From assembly GCA_963700145.1 (NCBI GenBank), contig OY969474.1, positions 2,912,001 to 2,976,000 of the forward strand: a stretch of DNA of 64,000 nt, in the 5' to 3' direction. This stretch comes from an uncultured Acidobacteriota bacterium (GTDB lineage: Bacteria; Acidobacteriota; Thermoanaerobaculia; Multivoradales; UBA5704). The notes beneath the pieces are model-generated. The model did not search any database and was not told the DNA's origin. It saw nothing but the letters and a program-made list of their open reading frames with translations. The position numbers and the translations under genes were made by a program. Each line of letters starts with the position of its first letter. The stretch's first letter is position 1. Positions 30,401 to 39,032 of the stretch are shown piece by piece.

Positions 30401-30499
30401 GACCCCTGGAATGCAAAGAAAGAGGTCCGAAATTCCGTCTTCCTCGCTGAGGAGGACGGACCGCGTGAACCGAATGCGTCTTCTGGAGCGGCTGCGTAG
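27497..30499 (+). CDS. res: Type III restriction enzyme Res subunit (SF2 helicase-like plus nuclease)
   Basis: MATGSGKT, NDEAHH, LSATPF, VSMLTEGWD, EQVVGRGLRR, C-terminal YIPDY...LEVTG. Confidence 0.9.
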   Translation: MPDVVIENPILNSPFAEPTRHFRFTDDGITDEIVEERRLAGYFIPIPQPKKRGKQLAIDTQWTQDRFKEAEFINRVRARVKVWRQQRWPGVTNTTARLLEHWSSTGRERRLFFCQIEALETAIYLAEVADKQGDAWIANSLREANELANPGLYRIAIKMATGSGKTVVMGMLIAWQALNKLQSPQDARFSDAFLIVTPGITIRDRLRVLLPSDPENYYKQLDLVPPDLAERLGQAKILITNFHAFLLRETVEASKTTKAILGRGKPGSFTETPAEMVRRVCRDLGNKKHLVVLNDEAHHCYRRRPETEEEKLSGEEKKEAKKREEEARVWISGLEAIQRKLGLRAIYDLSATPFFLKGSGYQEGTIFPWVVSDFSLIDAIEAGIVKVPRVPVADDAMIGDAPTYRDLWARIRADLPKKGRGTEAVSGRPVIPAELEGALQSLYGNYRKDYQRWEADADAQARGRTPPVFIVVCNNTNVSKVVFDYIAGFETIGPDGAPLLVPGQLDIFSNVDGGRWSSRPNTILVDSEQLESGEAMSPDFKQIAVHEIAEWKAAYRLRFPGRDPDQLGDEDLLREVMNTVGKSGKLGERVKCVVSVSMLTEGWDANTVTHILGVRAFGTQLLCEQVVGRGLRRMSYAVDAEDKFAPEYAEVYGVPFSFIPASGSTREPKLGATPTRVRALEDRRDLEITFPRVEGYRYEVGDQPLQARFSEESRMAVSTADLPSKTENAPIVGETSLHTLDDIKARRPQEAEFLLAKLVCETHFGGKPWRFPEILRITRRWLGECLTLKDNVFVQYLLFAELAHRAAEKIYRAIPPATGGGDSVLKPILAPYDTVGSTRYVEFDTTKGVWRTRPDKCHVSHVVLDSNWEAKLAQSLEEMDEVVAYVKNAQLGFTIPYTVDGQTRRYIPDYIVRIDDGRGPDDLLNLVLEVTGEKETDKEAKVATARDLWVPAVNNEGAFGRWAFLEVRDPWNAKKEVRNSVFLAEEDGPREPNASSGAAA

Positions 30500-30722
30500 A
30501 GGGCATGTTCAGAACGTCCCATTCGACGATTTCTGCGCTCTACTGGAAGCGCTGGGGTTCGAGCTCGTGCGGACGGTCGGCAGTCACCGCCAGTTCGACC
30601 ACCCGGCCTTGCCGGAGACATTCACGGTCCAACCCCATCGCGGGGACGCCAAGGCCTACCAGCTCCGCCAATGCCTGCGGCTGATAGACCGGTACAATCT
30701 CAAGCTGGAGGACACGCCGTGA
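30465..30722 (+). CDS. hicA: HicA-family toxin
   Basis: LLEALGFELVRTVGSHRQFDHP...QP..GDAKAYQLRQ. GGAGGA RBS before GTG 30465. Confidence 0.85.
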   Translation: MNRMRLLERLRRGHVQNVPFDDFCALLEALGFELVRTVGSHRQFDHPALPETFTVQPHRGDAKAYQLRQCLRLIDRYNLKLEDTP

Positions 30723-30955
30723 AGGATCACCACATCAACGTCTTCTGGAGCGACGAGGACGATTGCTACGTCGCCGACATCCCTGACTTCGAGTACTGCT
30801 CCGCGTTCGGAGACACTCCAGAAGAGGCGCTGGCCGAGGTGCTCATCGCCAAGAAGGGTTGGATCGAAACCGCGCGGGAGCGCGGCAAGAGGATCCCGGA
30901 GCCGTCCTACCGGCCACCGCTCAAGCGACCTGTCAAGACTCGGGCCGCCGGCTGA
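30719..30955 (+). CDS. hicB: HicB-family antitoxin (short form)
   Basis: FWSDEDDCYVADIPDF..CSAFGDTPEEAL...WIETARERGKRIPEP. GTGA overlap with hicA. Confidence 0.85.
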   Translation: MKDHHINVFWSDEDDCYVADIPDFEYCSAFGDTPEEALAEVLIAKKGWIETARERGKRIPEPSYRPPLKRPVKTRAAG

Positions 30956-30963
30956 CACTGCCG

Positions 30964-33822
30964 ATGCCGCCCCGCAAGCCGAAGGCCCCGACGCCCGTCG
31001 AGGCCCTCAAGCACCAGGACAAGCGCGTCAACATCCCCACCGAAGAGCTCCGGGAGTTCGTGCGCGACGAAGAGGAAGCTCCCAAGACGAAGCTCTACCC
31101 ACGTGACCCTTCACTCGACCCGCAGCTCGTCTGGAGGGGCAAGGACGAGCAGGACCGTGAAGACCTCGCGGTGCCGGTCGTGCCGATCTACATCCAGGAA
31201 AAGATCCACCCGCAGGCGCTGATCGAGAACCTGCGCGAGACCGCCAAGGCCGGCGAGCCGGAACCGGAGCTCCGCCTCTTCGACGACTTCAACGGCCTCA
31301 AGGCCTTCGAGCAGAAGATCGACTTCTACAGCCACGACATGGGCAACCAGCCCAAGTGGTCGAACCGCATGATCCTCGGCGACTCGCTGCTGGTGATGAC
31401 CAGCCTCGCCGAGAAGGAAGGGCTCAAGGGTAAGGTCCAGATGATCTACCTGGACCCGCCCTACGGAATCAGGTTCGGCAGCAACTGGCAGGTTTCGACG
31501 CGGAAGCGGGACGTCAAAGACGGCAAGGTCGAGGATGCGACTAGGCAGCCGGAGCAGGTGAAGGCCTTTAGAGATACATGGGAGATCGGAATTCACAGCT
31601 ACCTGCCGTACTTACGGGATCGGCTAGTCGCGGCGCGGGAGCTGCTTACCGACACGGGCTCGATCTTTGTCCAGATTGGGGATGAAAATGTGCATCTCGT
31701 TCGGTGCTTGCTAGACGAGGTCCTCGGTAGTGCCAACTTTGTATCGCAGATTGCTTTTCAAAAGACTGGCGGTTTCGCGCCTTCCGGTGCCCCCGCCATT
31801 CTAGATTATCTGCTCTGGTACGCGAAGGACCGAAATCAAGTGAAGCTGCGCCCTCTCTTCCAGATGAGTCCAGCCCCCCCGATCGATGAACCGTATTACG
31901 TGCTGCTGGAGTTGGAGTCCGGGGAAATACGAAGAATGAACGCTGAGGAGAGAGCTCGTAGAACATCTCTTCCCAGCCATAGCAAGATTTTTCGCTATGG
32001 ACCACTCACTTCCGAAGGAAAAGCGGCCGAGCCGCAGGAGTTCAGACTAGAAGGTCAGTCCTACTTTCCCCCCGCAAATAGTCACTGGAAATCAACGGTT
32101 GCCGGCCTACGCCGGCTTCAGTGGGCGGGGCGGCTAATGCGCGTTGGGCGAAGCCTCGGCCACAAGCTCTTTTGGGACTACTTTCCCGCACAGCGAGTTG
32201 CGAACATGTGGTCAGATACACAATCAGGTGGCTTTGGGGATCCAAAAGTGTATGTTGTGCAGACCACCAATGTCGTTGTGCAACGTTGCATCGCGATGAC
32301 AACTGATCCCGGCGATCTCGTGCTAGACCCAACCTGTGGCTCCGGGACCACCGCGCTCGTTTCCGAACAACTGGGGCGCCGTTGGATCACCATTGACACC
32401 TCGCGTGTAGCTCTCGCCCTTGCGCGCACGCGCCTCATGACAGCCAAATACCCGTACTACCTGCTGCTAGACTCCGAGGAGGGTTTGCGGAAGGAAGCCG
32501 AGGTTATAGGAAACCTCTCCTCGCAACCCGAATCCATCCGGCCTACCGGGGATATCAAGAAGGGCTTCGTCTACGAGCGCGTGCCCCACATTACGCTGAA
32601 GTCCATCGCTAACAACGAAGAGATCGATGTCATCCATGCCCGCTACGAGGAAAGGCTCGAGCTTGGCCTCGCGCAGCTTAACCAGCGCCTCAGGAAAGAC
32701 TGGCAGGAGTGGGAAGTGCCTCGCGAGCCCGAGCGAGCATGGCCCAGGGACGCCCACGAGGCACACGAGAGCTTGTGGAACCTGCGTCGCGAGCGCCAGC
32801 GCGAGATCGACGACTCGATAGCTCGTCGCGCCGACACAGAGCTTCTCTTTGACCAACCTTTCGAGGACCCTAAACGCATTCGGGTCACCGGTCCCTTCAC
32901 CGTCGAGAGCCTCTCGCCGCATCGCGTACTTGCCTCAGATGACGAGCGCCCCGCCGCTGAAGCGCAGGCAGAGAAAGGCGAGGGCTCAGGCAGATTCGAG
33001 CAAATGATCCTCGACAACCTGCGCAAGGCAGGGGTCCAGAACACCCGCCGCGACGAGCGGTTGACCTTCGATCGCCTCGAGCCGTTCGCCGGCGCCTGGG
33101 TCCAGGCGGCGGGTGAGTACACCGACGCGGCGGGAAAGGTGCGGCGCGTGGCGGTCTCGATCGGTCCCGAGAACGGCACTGTCGGCCCCCACCAGATCCA
33201 GGAAGCCGCCAAAGAAGCGGTGCGCGGCATCCCCTTCGACCTCCTCCTCGTCCTCGGCTTCGCCTTCGACGCCCACGCCAGCGACGTCGCACGCGAGATC
33301 AGCCCCGAGGGCTTGAGGATCGAGGAAGGATTCGTCGCCGAGCACGAGGAGCAGTACGGCAAGCTGCCGGTACTCCTCGTGCGCATGAACCCCGACCTTG
33401 CGATGGGCGACGAGCTGCTCAAGAAAACCGGAGCCGGCAACCTCTTCATGGTCTTCGGCGAGCCCGACCTGGCGATCGCGAAACAGCCGGACGGCAAGCT
33501 CGTCGTCGAGATCCGCGGCCTCGACGTCTACGACCCTACGACCGGCGTCATCCGCAACTCCACCACCGACGACATCGCCTGCTGGTTCATCGACACCGAC
33601 TACAACGGCGAGAGCTTCTTCGTCCGCCACGCCTACTTCACCGGCGCCGACGAGCCCTACGACCGCCTCAAGCGCGCCCTCCGCGCCGACATCGACGAAG
33701 CCGCCTGGGCGACCCTCTACACCACCAAGAGCCGCCCCTTCGACCCGCCGACGACCGGAAAGATCGCCGTCAAGGTCATCAACCACTACGGCGACGAGGT
33801 GTTGAAGGTCTACGCGCTGTAG
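30964..33822 (+). CDS. mod: Type III R-M adenine DNA methyltransferase (Mod)
   Basis: NRMILGDSL and catalytic DPPY precede the SAM-binding LDPTCGSGTT (beta class). C-terminal IAVKVINHYGDEV. Confidence 0.9.
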   Translation: MPPRKPKAPTPVEALKHQDKRVNIPTEELREFVRDEEEAPKTKLYPRDPSLDPQLVWRGKDEQDREDLAVPVVPIYIQEKIHPQALIENLRETAKAGEPEPELRLFDDFNGLKAFEQKIDFYSHDMGNQPKWSNRMILGDSLLVMTSLAEKEGLKGKVQMIYLDPPYGIRFGSNWQVSTRKRDVKDGKVEDATRQPEQVKAFRDTWEIGIHSYLPYLRDRLVAARELLTDTGSIFVQIGDENVHLVRCLLDEVLGSANFVSQIAFQKTGGFAPSGAPAILDYLLWYAKDRNQVKLRPLFQMSPAPPIDEPYYVLLELESGEIRRMNAEERARRTSLPSHSKIFRYGPLTSEGKAAEPQEFRLEGQSYFPPANSHWKSTVAGLRRLQWAGRLMRVGRSLGHKLFWDYFPAQRVANMWSDTQSGGFGDPKVYVVQTTNVVVQRCIAMTTDPGDLVLDPTCGSGTTALVSEQLGRRWITIDTSRVALALARTRLMTAKYPYYLLLDSEEGLRKEAEVIGNLSSQPESIRPTGDIKKGFVYERVPHITLKSIANNEEIDVIHARYEERLELGLAQLNQRLRKDWQEWEVPREPERAWPRDAHEAHESLWNLRRERQREIDDSIARRADTELLFDQPFEDPKRIRVTGPFTVESLSPHRVLASDDERPAAEAQAEKGEGSGRFEQMILDNLRKAGVQNTRRDERLTFDRLEPFAGAWVQAAGEYTDAAGKVRRVAVSIGPENGTVGPHQIQEAAKEAVRGIPFDLLLVLGFAFDAHASDVAREISPEGLRIEEGFVAEHEEQYGKLPVLLVRMNPDLAMGDELLKKTGAGNLFMVFGEPDLAIAKQPDGKLVVEIRGLDVYDPTTGVIRNSTTDDIACWFIDTDYNGESFFVRHAYFTGADEPYDRLKRALRADIDEAAWATLYTTKSRPFDPPTTGKIAVKVINHYGDEVLKVYAL

Positions 33823-33988
33823 AAGTAGGGAACCCTCTGCCCGGCAAGCCGGCGCGGGAGCGGATTCCTGGAGCGGCGGCTCCGGGATTTCGCCCGAGCG
33901 CTCGGAAAACCCCTGCGAGCCGCTGGGAACGGCTTCCGACGGGGCGGGGAGAAGCTCCCGAGATCTCGAAATAGGTTCCTTGGCGCTC

Positions 33989-34138
33989 GGAATACCTTCC
34001 CGATAGCCCGGAAAGCTTTCCCGACGACACGGAAAGCTTTTCCAGCACCTCGGAAAGCTTTCCCGACAGCTCGGAAGGCTTTCCCGACGGCCCGGAAAGC
34101 TTTCCCGATGGCTCGGAAAGCTTTCCCGATAGCCCGGA
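33989..34138. repeat. 21-bp tandem array, left part (core GGAAAGCTTTCCCGA)
   Basis: Units start at 33989, 34010, 34031, 34052, 34073, 34094, 34115 and 34136 (split by the IS). Degenerate units continue leftward to ~33884. Confidence 0.9.
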
Positions 34139-34189
34139 TGGAGTTGCCCCGCTTTGGTGGACACCTCATCCTTCGGGAGAAAGGAGTCC

Positions 34190-34510
34190 ATGATGGGGAG
34201 TCACCGCGGCAAGCCCTACCCGGCGGAGTTTCGTCGGCGGATGGTTGAGTTGGTGCGGGCCGGGCGGACGGCCGAGGAGCTGAGTCGGGAGTTCGAGCCC
34301 TCGGCCGAGTCGATTCGCGACTGGGCACGCCAAGCCGACCGGGACGAGGGCCGGCGCGACGACGGGCTGACGACGGCCGAGCGCGAGGAGCTGCGCCGGC
34401 TGCGGCGGGAGAATCGCCAGTTGCGTGAGGACCGGGAGATTCTGGCAAAAGCCGCGGCCTGGTTTGCTCGGGAGACCGAGTCGAGCCCACGGAAGGGTTC
34501 GGATTCGTGA
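34190..34510 (+). CDS. IS3 transposase OrfA (HTH)
   Basis: YPAEFRRRMVELVRAG...EELRRLRRENRQLREDREILAKAAAWFA. AAGGAG RBS. Confidence 0.9.
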   Translation: MMGSHRGKPYPAEFRRRMVELVRAGRTAEELSREFEPSAESIRDWARQADRDEGRRDDGLTTAEREELRRLRRENRQLREDREILAKAAAWFARETESSPRKGSDS

Positions 34511-35352
34511 GGGCGCACCAGGCCTGCTACAGGGTAGTGAGGATGTGCCGACTGCTGGGTGTCTCCTCCAGCGGGTATTACGCCTGGTGTCGGCGTCAGG
34601 CCGGTGCGCGAGCCCGAGCCGACGCGGCGCTCGGCGCGCAGATCCGGGCGATCCACGCGCGGTCGTGGGGGACTTATGGGGCGCCCCGGATCCACGCCGA
34701 GCTGGCGGCGCAGGGCGTACGGGTGGGGCGCAAGCGTGTGGGGCGGCTGATGCGCGAGGCCGGGCTTGGGGGCGTCAGTCGGCGGAAGTGGCCCCGGACG
34801 ACGGTGCGAGACGGCCAAGCCCGCCCGGCGCCGGATCTGGTCGGCCGTCACTTCACGGTCGACGCTCCGGATCGGCTCTGGGTGGCCGACATCACCTACA
34901 TCCCGACCACGGCAGGGTTTCTGTACCTGGCCGTGGTCGTCGACGCCTGGAGTCGGCGCGTGGTGGGCTGGTCGATGGCGACGCATCTGCAGACCGAGCT
35001 CGTGGTGGCGGCACTGGAGATGGCGCTTGGACAGCGGCGGCCGCAGGGCGTGATCCATCATTCCGACCAGGGGACGCAGTACACCTCGTTGGCCTTCGGC
35101 CAGCGCTGCCGACGAGCCGGTGTGCGGCCGTCGATGGGGTCGGTCGGGGACTGCTACGACAACGCGCTGTGCGAGAGCTTCTTTGCCACGCTCGAGTGCG
35201 AGCTGCTCGACCGGCGGCGCTTCGGGACCCAGACCGAGGCCCGGATGGCGGTGTTCGAGTTCCTCGAGGGCTGGTACAACCCGCATCGCCGGCACTCGGC
35301 CCTGGGCTATCTCAGCCCGGCGGAATTCGAGCGCCGGCGACGGGCAGCCTGA
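34507..35352 (+). CDS. IS3 transposase OrfB (DDE integrase core), -1 frame relative to OrfA
   Basis: WVADITY, HHSDQGTQY, DNALCESFF, YNPHRRHSALGYLSP. GCAAAAG slippery site at 34445-34451 with an open -1 frame into OrfB. Confidence 0.92.
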   Translation: MRAHQACYRVVRMCRLLGVSSSGYYAWCRRQAGARARADAALGAQIRAIHARSWGTYGAPRIHAELAAQGVRVGRKRVGRLMREAGLGGVSRRKWPRTTVRDGQARPAPDLVGRHFTVDAPDRLWVADITYIPTTAGFLYLAVVVDAWSRRVVGWSMATHLQTELVVAALEMALGQRRPQGVIHHSDQGTQYTSLAFGQRCRRAGVRPSMGSVGDCYDNALCESFFATLECELLDRRRFGTQTEARMAVFEFLEGWYNPHRRHSALGYLSPAEFERRRRAA

Positions 35353-35463
35353 GATGCACGTCACTCCTGGCGTTTTCGTCGGATCGTGGGACGGGCAGCT
35401 GCCCGCCTCACGCAGGGGAGGAGACCCCAAACTTCAACTGTCCACCAAACCGGGGTAAGTCCA

Positions 35464-35526
35464 GGAAGACTTTCCCGACGGCCCGGAAAGCTTTCCCGAC
35501 GGCTCGGAGGACTTTCCCGAGGCTCA
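35464..35526. repeat. 21-bp tandem array, right part
   Basis: Units at 35464, 35485 and 35506 (GGAAGACTTTCCCGA, GGAAAGCTTTCCCGA, GGAGGACTTTCCCGA). Confidence 0.85.
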
Positions 35527-35556
35527 CCGGGGCATTTCCAGGCCTCCGGGAGGACC

Positions 35557-36834
35557 TCAGACCTCCAGCTTCACCCCCGCCGTCTCCGGCAGGGTCCACA
35601 CCCAGGCCCCCGCCAGGGCCGCGAAGGCCGCCGCCAGGGCGATGCCGCCCGCCAAGCCCCATTTCCCGGCCACCGCGGCGATCGCCAGCGGGGCGACGAA
35701 CTGGATACTGCGCGTGACGTTCATGATCACCGACATCGCCGCCCCGCGCACCCTCGTCGGGAAGAGCTCGGAGAAGTAGGGGCCGTAGCACGACCAGGTG
35801 CCGGTGCCGATGCCGGCCACCAGCATGCAGGCGAGCCCCACCGCCGGCCGCGCCGCGAGGGCGTCCCAGAAGAGGGTCACCAGCGCCAGCCCCACGGCCG
35901 TCACCGCGCAGTAGAGGGTGAAGGCGCGCCGCCGGCCGATGCGGTCGGAGACGACGCCGAAGGTGAGGTAGCCGAGGAGCGAGCCGGCGACGAAGGTCAG
36001 CGTCCACCAGCCGGAGCCGAAGATCGAGAGGCCGCGCTGCTTTTGCAGGTAGCGCGGCAGCCAGACGACCGCGAACCAGTAGGCCGACATGTTGAGCCCG
36101 GTGAGGACAAAGGCGCGCAGGAAGAGGCCCGCGAGGTCGGGGGCGACGAGCTGCGCCAGGATCGGCCGCCGGCTGCGCGCCTCCTCGCCGGCGCCGAGGC
36201 CGCCCGCGTCGAGGCGCCGGCGGTGCTCGAGCCAGAGGTCGGACTCCGGGAAGCGGCGCCAGGCGAGGAGGGCGACGGCCGGCAGCGCCGAGAGCAGGAA
36301 GACGGCGCGCCAGCCGACCGCCGGCGCCAGGAACGAGCCGACGATCGCCGCCAGCCCCAGCCCCGCCGGGGCGCCGCTCTGGGCGATGGCGCCGTAGCGG
36401 CCGCGCAGCGCCGGCGGGAAGGTTTCGCCGAGCATCGCCTGCCCCGCCCCCCAGGTGCCGCCGATGCCGAGGCCGGCGAGGCCGCGCGCCGCGAACAGCG
36501 TCCCCGCCCCCGGCGCCAGACCGCAGAGGGCGTTGCCGAGGCAGAAAGCGGCGATCGCCACGACCAGCGACAGCCGCCGCCCCAGCCGGTCGCTCATCCA
36601 GCCGAAGAGGAGGCCGCCGGCGCCGGTCGCGCCGACGCCGACCGCGGTGAGCCACGCCAGCCCCTGCTCGGAGAGCCCGAGCTCGTCCTGCACCGGCTGC
36701 AGGACGAAGGAGAGCAGCATCAGCGAGTAGAAGCCGGCGCACCAGGCGCCCCAGGCGAAGGCGAGGACCCGCCGGTGCGCGGCGCCCGGCCGCTCCTGCT
36801 CGCTCCAGAGGAGCGGCGGCGCGGCGGCCGCTAT
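35557..36834 (-). CDS. MFS transporter
   Basis: GWMSDRLGRR and VSDRIGRRR motif A repeats, ETFPPALRG, ELFPTRVRG. Start uncertain (possibly the ATA overlapping the upstream TAG). Confidence 0.85.
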   Translation of the reverse strand: MAAAAPPLLWSEQERPGAAHRRVLAFAWGAWCAGFYSLMLLSFVLQPVQDELGLSEQGLAWLTAVGVGATGAGGLLFGWMSDRLGRRLSLVVAIAAFCLGNALCGLAPGAGTLFAARGLAGLGIGGTWGAGQAMLGETFPPALRGRYGAIAQSGAPAGLGLAAIVGSFLAPAVGWRAVFLLSALPAVALLAWRRFPESDLWLEHRRRLDAGGLGAGEEARSRRPILAQLVAPDLAGLFLRAFVLTGLNMSAYWFAVVWLPRYLQKQRGLSIFGSGWWTLTFVAGSLLGYLTFGVVSDRIGRRRAFTLYCAVTAVGLALVTLFWDALAARPAVGLACMLVAGIGTGTWSCYGPYFSELFPTRVRGAAMSVIMNVTRSIQFVAPLAIAAVAGKWGLAGGIALAAAFAALAGAWVWTLPETAGVKLEV

Positions 36835-37244
36835 CGCGTCACCTTCAGGTAGACCAGCGCGTGCTCGCCGAAGCCCGCCGGGCGGACGCTCTCCCCCTCC
36901 GCCGTCGGCTCGCCGGGCGCGCAGTCCATGCGGAAGGCCGCCGCGGACGGCCACTCCAGGATGCAGTAGAGGGTCTTGCCCTGGAGCTGGCCGCGGTCGA
37001 AGCCGGTCAGGTCGAGCGTGTTCGGCTCCGACTCGTCGTCGAAGGCGTAGCGGATCTCGAAGTCCTCGTCGACGCCTTGGCCCTCGATGGCCCAGAGGGC
37101 GCGGCCGCGCGGCTGGAACGACAGCGTGTGGCGGCGGCCGTCGGCGTCCTCGGCGGTCCAGTTGCCGCGGATCGGGTTGGGGTCGCCGCAGGCGGCGAGC
37201 AACATGGCGGTCAGGACGGTGAAGGCCAGGACTCGGCGTCGCAT
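36831..37244 (-). CDS. Lipoprotein of unknown function (small beta-rich domain)
   Basis: MRRRVLAFTVLTAMLLAAC lipobox. GAGGAGG RBS. Confidence 0.75.
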   Translation of the reverse strand: MRRRVLAFTVLTAMLLAACGDPNPIRGNWTAEDADGRRHTLSFQPRGRALWAIEGQGVDEDFEIRYAFDDESEPNTLDLTGFDRGQLQGKTLYCILEWPSAAAFRMDCAPGEPTAEGESVRPAGFGEHALVYLKVTR

Positions 37245-37313
37245 GGCACCTCCTCGGGGTCGCGGGCGGGTGTCGAGGATACCGCGTCGGCGGCGCGGAG
37301 GTATCGTCCCGGC

Positions 37314-39032
37314 GTGCCCGCCCGCCTCGCGCCGCGCGCCGAGTGGCCGCTCGCCCTCGTCCTGCTCGCCGCCTTCGCCGCCCTCTGCGCCCACGGCCTG
37401 GCGTGGGACTCGCCGACGGTCGACGAGTTCTACCACCTCCCGCTCGGCCTCTACACGCTCGAGACCGGCGACTTCATGCTCTTCCCGGCCAACCCGCCGC
37501 TCGTCGAGCTGCTCGCGGCGCTCCCCCTCCTGGCGCTCGACCCGGTGCTCGAGACGCGCGTGCCCGGGGCCCGCGGCGGCTGGCTCCCCTGGCAGCTCGG
37601 CACGCGCTTCATGGAGCGCAACCGCACCGTCTACGACCGGCTCTTCCTCCGGGGGCGGCTGCCGATCGTCGGGCTGGGGGTGCTGCTCGGTCTCCTCGTC
37701 TGGCGCTGGGCGCGCGCCCTCTACGGCGGCGCCGGGGGGCTGCTGGCGCTCGGGCTCTACGCCTTCCACCCGGCGTTCGTCGCCCACGCGCATCTGGCGA
37801 CGCTCGACGTCGGGCTGACCTTCCTCCTGCTCCTCGCGCTCTACACCTTCTGGCGCTTCACGCGGCGCCCAGGGCCGGGCGCGGCGCTCCTCTGCGGCGT
37901 CGCGGTCGGGCTCGCGCAGCTCGCGAAGCTCACCGGCCTCCTGCTCTATCCGGCGCTGGTGATCCTCGCCGTCGTCGAGCTCGCTCGCGGACGGCGCTTC
38001 CCGTTGTGGCGCGGCGCGGGGGAGGGATGGCGCGGCGTGGCGGCGAGCCTCAGCGCGGTGGCGGCGATCTTCGCCGTCAGCCTGCTGGTGCTCGACGCCG
38101 GCTACCTCTTCCAGGGCGTTGGACGGCCGGCCGGCGCCTACCGCTTCGCCAGCGCGCAGATGCGCGGCCTCTTCGCGGCGCTGCCGGCGGGGCTGCCGCT
38201 GCCCTTCCCCACGCCCTGGCTGGTCGGCTACGACGCGCTGCAGCGGATCAACGAGGCCGGCGAGTTCCCGACCTACTTCTTCGGCGAGGTCCGCTACGGC
38301 CCCGCGCCCGCCTACTTCCCGGCGGCGATCCTGCTGAAGACGCCGCTGCCGCTCCTCGCCGCCTGGCTCTTCGCGCTCTTCGCGCGCAACGGGCGGCGCG
38401 ACGGCGAAGTCTTCGTGTGGCTCCCGGCGCTCTTCTACCTCGTCGTCTTCTGCCTGCTGTCGCAGGTCCACTACGGCATCCGCTACGTGCTGCCGGTGGT
38501 GACACTGGGGACCGTCTGGGCCGGGCGCCTCGCGCCGCACCTGGCCGGCGAGCGCCGCCCGGTGCGGCTCGCCGCCGGTGTCCTGCTCGCCCTCTACCCG
38601 CTAGCCGCGCTGCGCGCCACGCCCGACACGATCGATTACTTCAACCCGCTGGCCGCCGGCCGCGGCGACGCCTTCCTCCTCGACTCCAACCTCGATTGGG
38701 GGCAAGGTCTCAAGCGCCTGGCGGCGTGGATGGAGCGCGAGCGGGTGGAGAAGGTCGGCCTCGCCTACTTCGGCCACGTCGACCCGGCGATCTACGGCAT
38801 CGCCTGGGAGCTGCCGCGGCCGGGAGGCGGCGGCCCGGAATGGACCGCCGTCTCCGCCAACTTCCTCCACGGCCTGCCCTACGCCACCTACGACCGGGGC
38901 CGCATCCTCCCCGTCCCCGCCGGCGCCTTCACCTGGCTCGCCGCCTACCCGGACCGCCGCTACCTCGGCGGCGGGCTCTTCCTGGTGCGCACCGGCGCCT
39001 CACCTACCAGAGGAACGCGTAGCTCACCTTGA
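37314..39032 (+). CDS. ArnT/PMT-like (GT-C, family 39/83-like) membrane glycosyltransferase
   Basis: SPTVDE..HL..G, NPPL, LATLD, KLTGL, LKTPLP, GIRY.LP, DSNLDWGQ. Confidence 0.8.
   Translation: MPARLAPRAEWPLALVLLAAFAALCAHGLAWDSPTVDEFYHLPLGLYTLETGDFMLFPANPPLVELLAALPLLALDPVLETRVPGARGGWLPWQLGTRFMERNRTVYDRLFLRGRLPIVGLGVLLGLLVWRWARALYGGAGGLLALGLYAFHPAFVAHAHLATLDVGLTFLLLLALYTFWRFTRRPGPGAALLCGVAVGLAQLAKLTGLLLYPALVILAVVELARGRRFPLWRGAGEGWRGVAASLSAVAAIFAVSLLVLDAGYLFQGVGRPAGAYRFASAQMRGLFAALPAGLPLPFPTPWLVGYDALQRINEAGEFPTYFFGEVRYGPAPAYFPAAILLKTPLPLLAAWLFALFARNGRRDGEVFVWLPALFYLVVFCLLSQVHYGIRYVLPVVTLGTVWAGRLAPHLAGERRPVRLAAGVLLALYPLAALRATPDTIDYFNPLAAGRGDAFLLDSNLDWGQGLKRLAAWMERERVEKVGLAYFGHVDPAIYGIAWELPRPGGGGPEWTAVSANFLHGLPYATYDRGRILPVPAGAFTWLAAYPDRRYLGGGLFLVRTGASPTRGTRSSP

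Larger units (their letters stand above)
34139..35463 (+). mobile_element. IS3-family insertion sequence (1325 bp)
   Basis: TG...CA ends. IRL TGGAGTTGCCCCGCTTTGGTGGACA vs IRR (reverse complement) TGGACTTACCCCGGTTTGGTGGACA. 3-bp GGA target duplication at 34136-34138 and 35464-35466. Confidence 0.95.

Noticed and set aside
30964-33822. Phase-variable simple sequence repeat in mod
   Set aside because: No long homopolymer or short tandem tract was seen.
32986-34191. Minus-strand 401-aa ORF with RESFP heptad repeats
   Set aside because: It starts inside the IS end and runs antisense through mod; the repeats are just the translated DNA array.
33884-35550. CRISPR interpretation of the palindromic array
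   Set aside because: The period is 21 bp with only ~6 variable bases, far too short for spacers, and there are no cas genes in the window.
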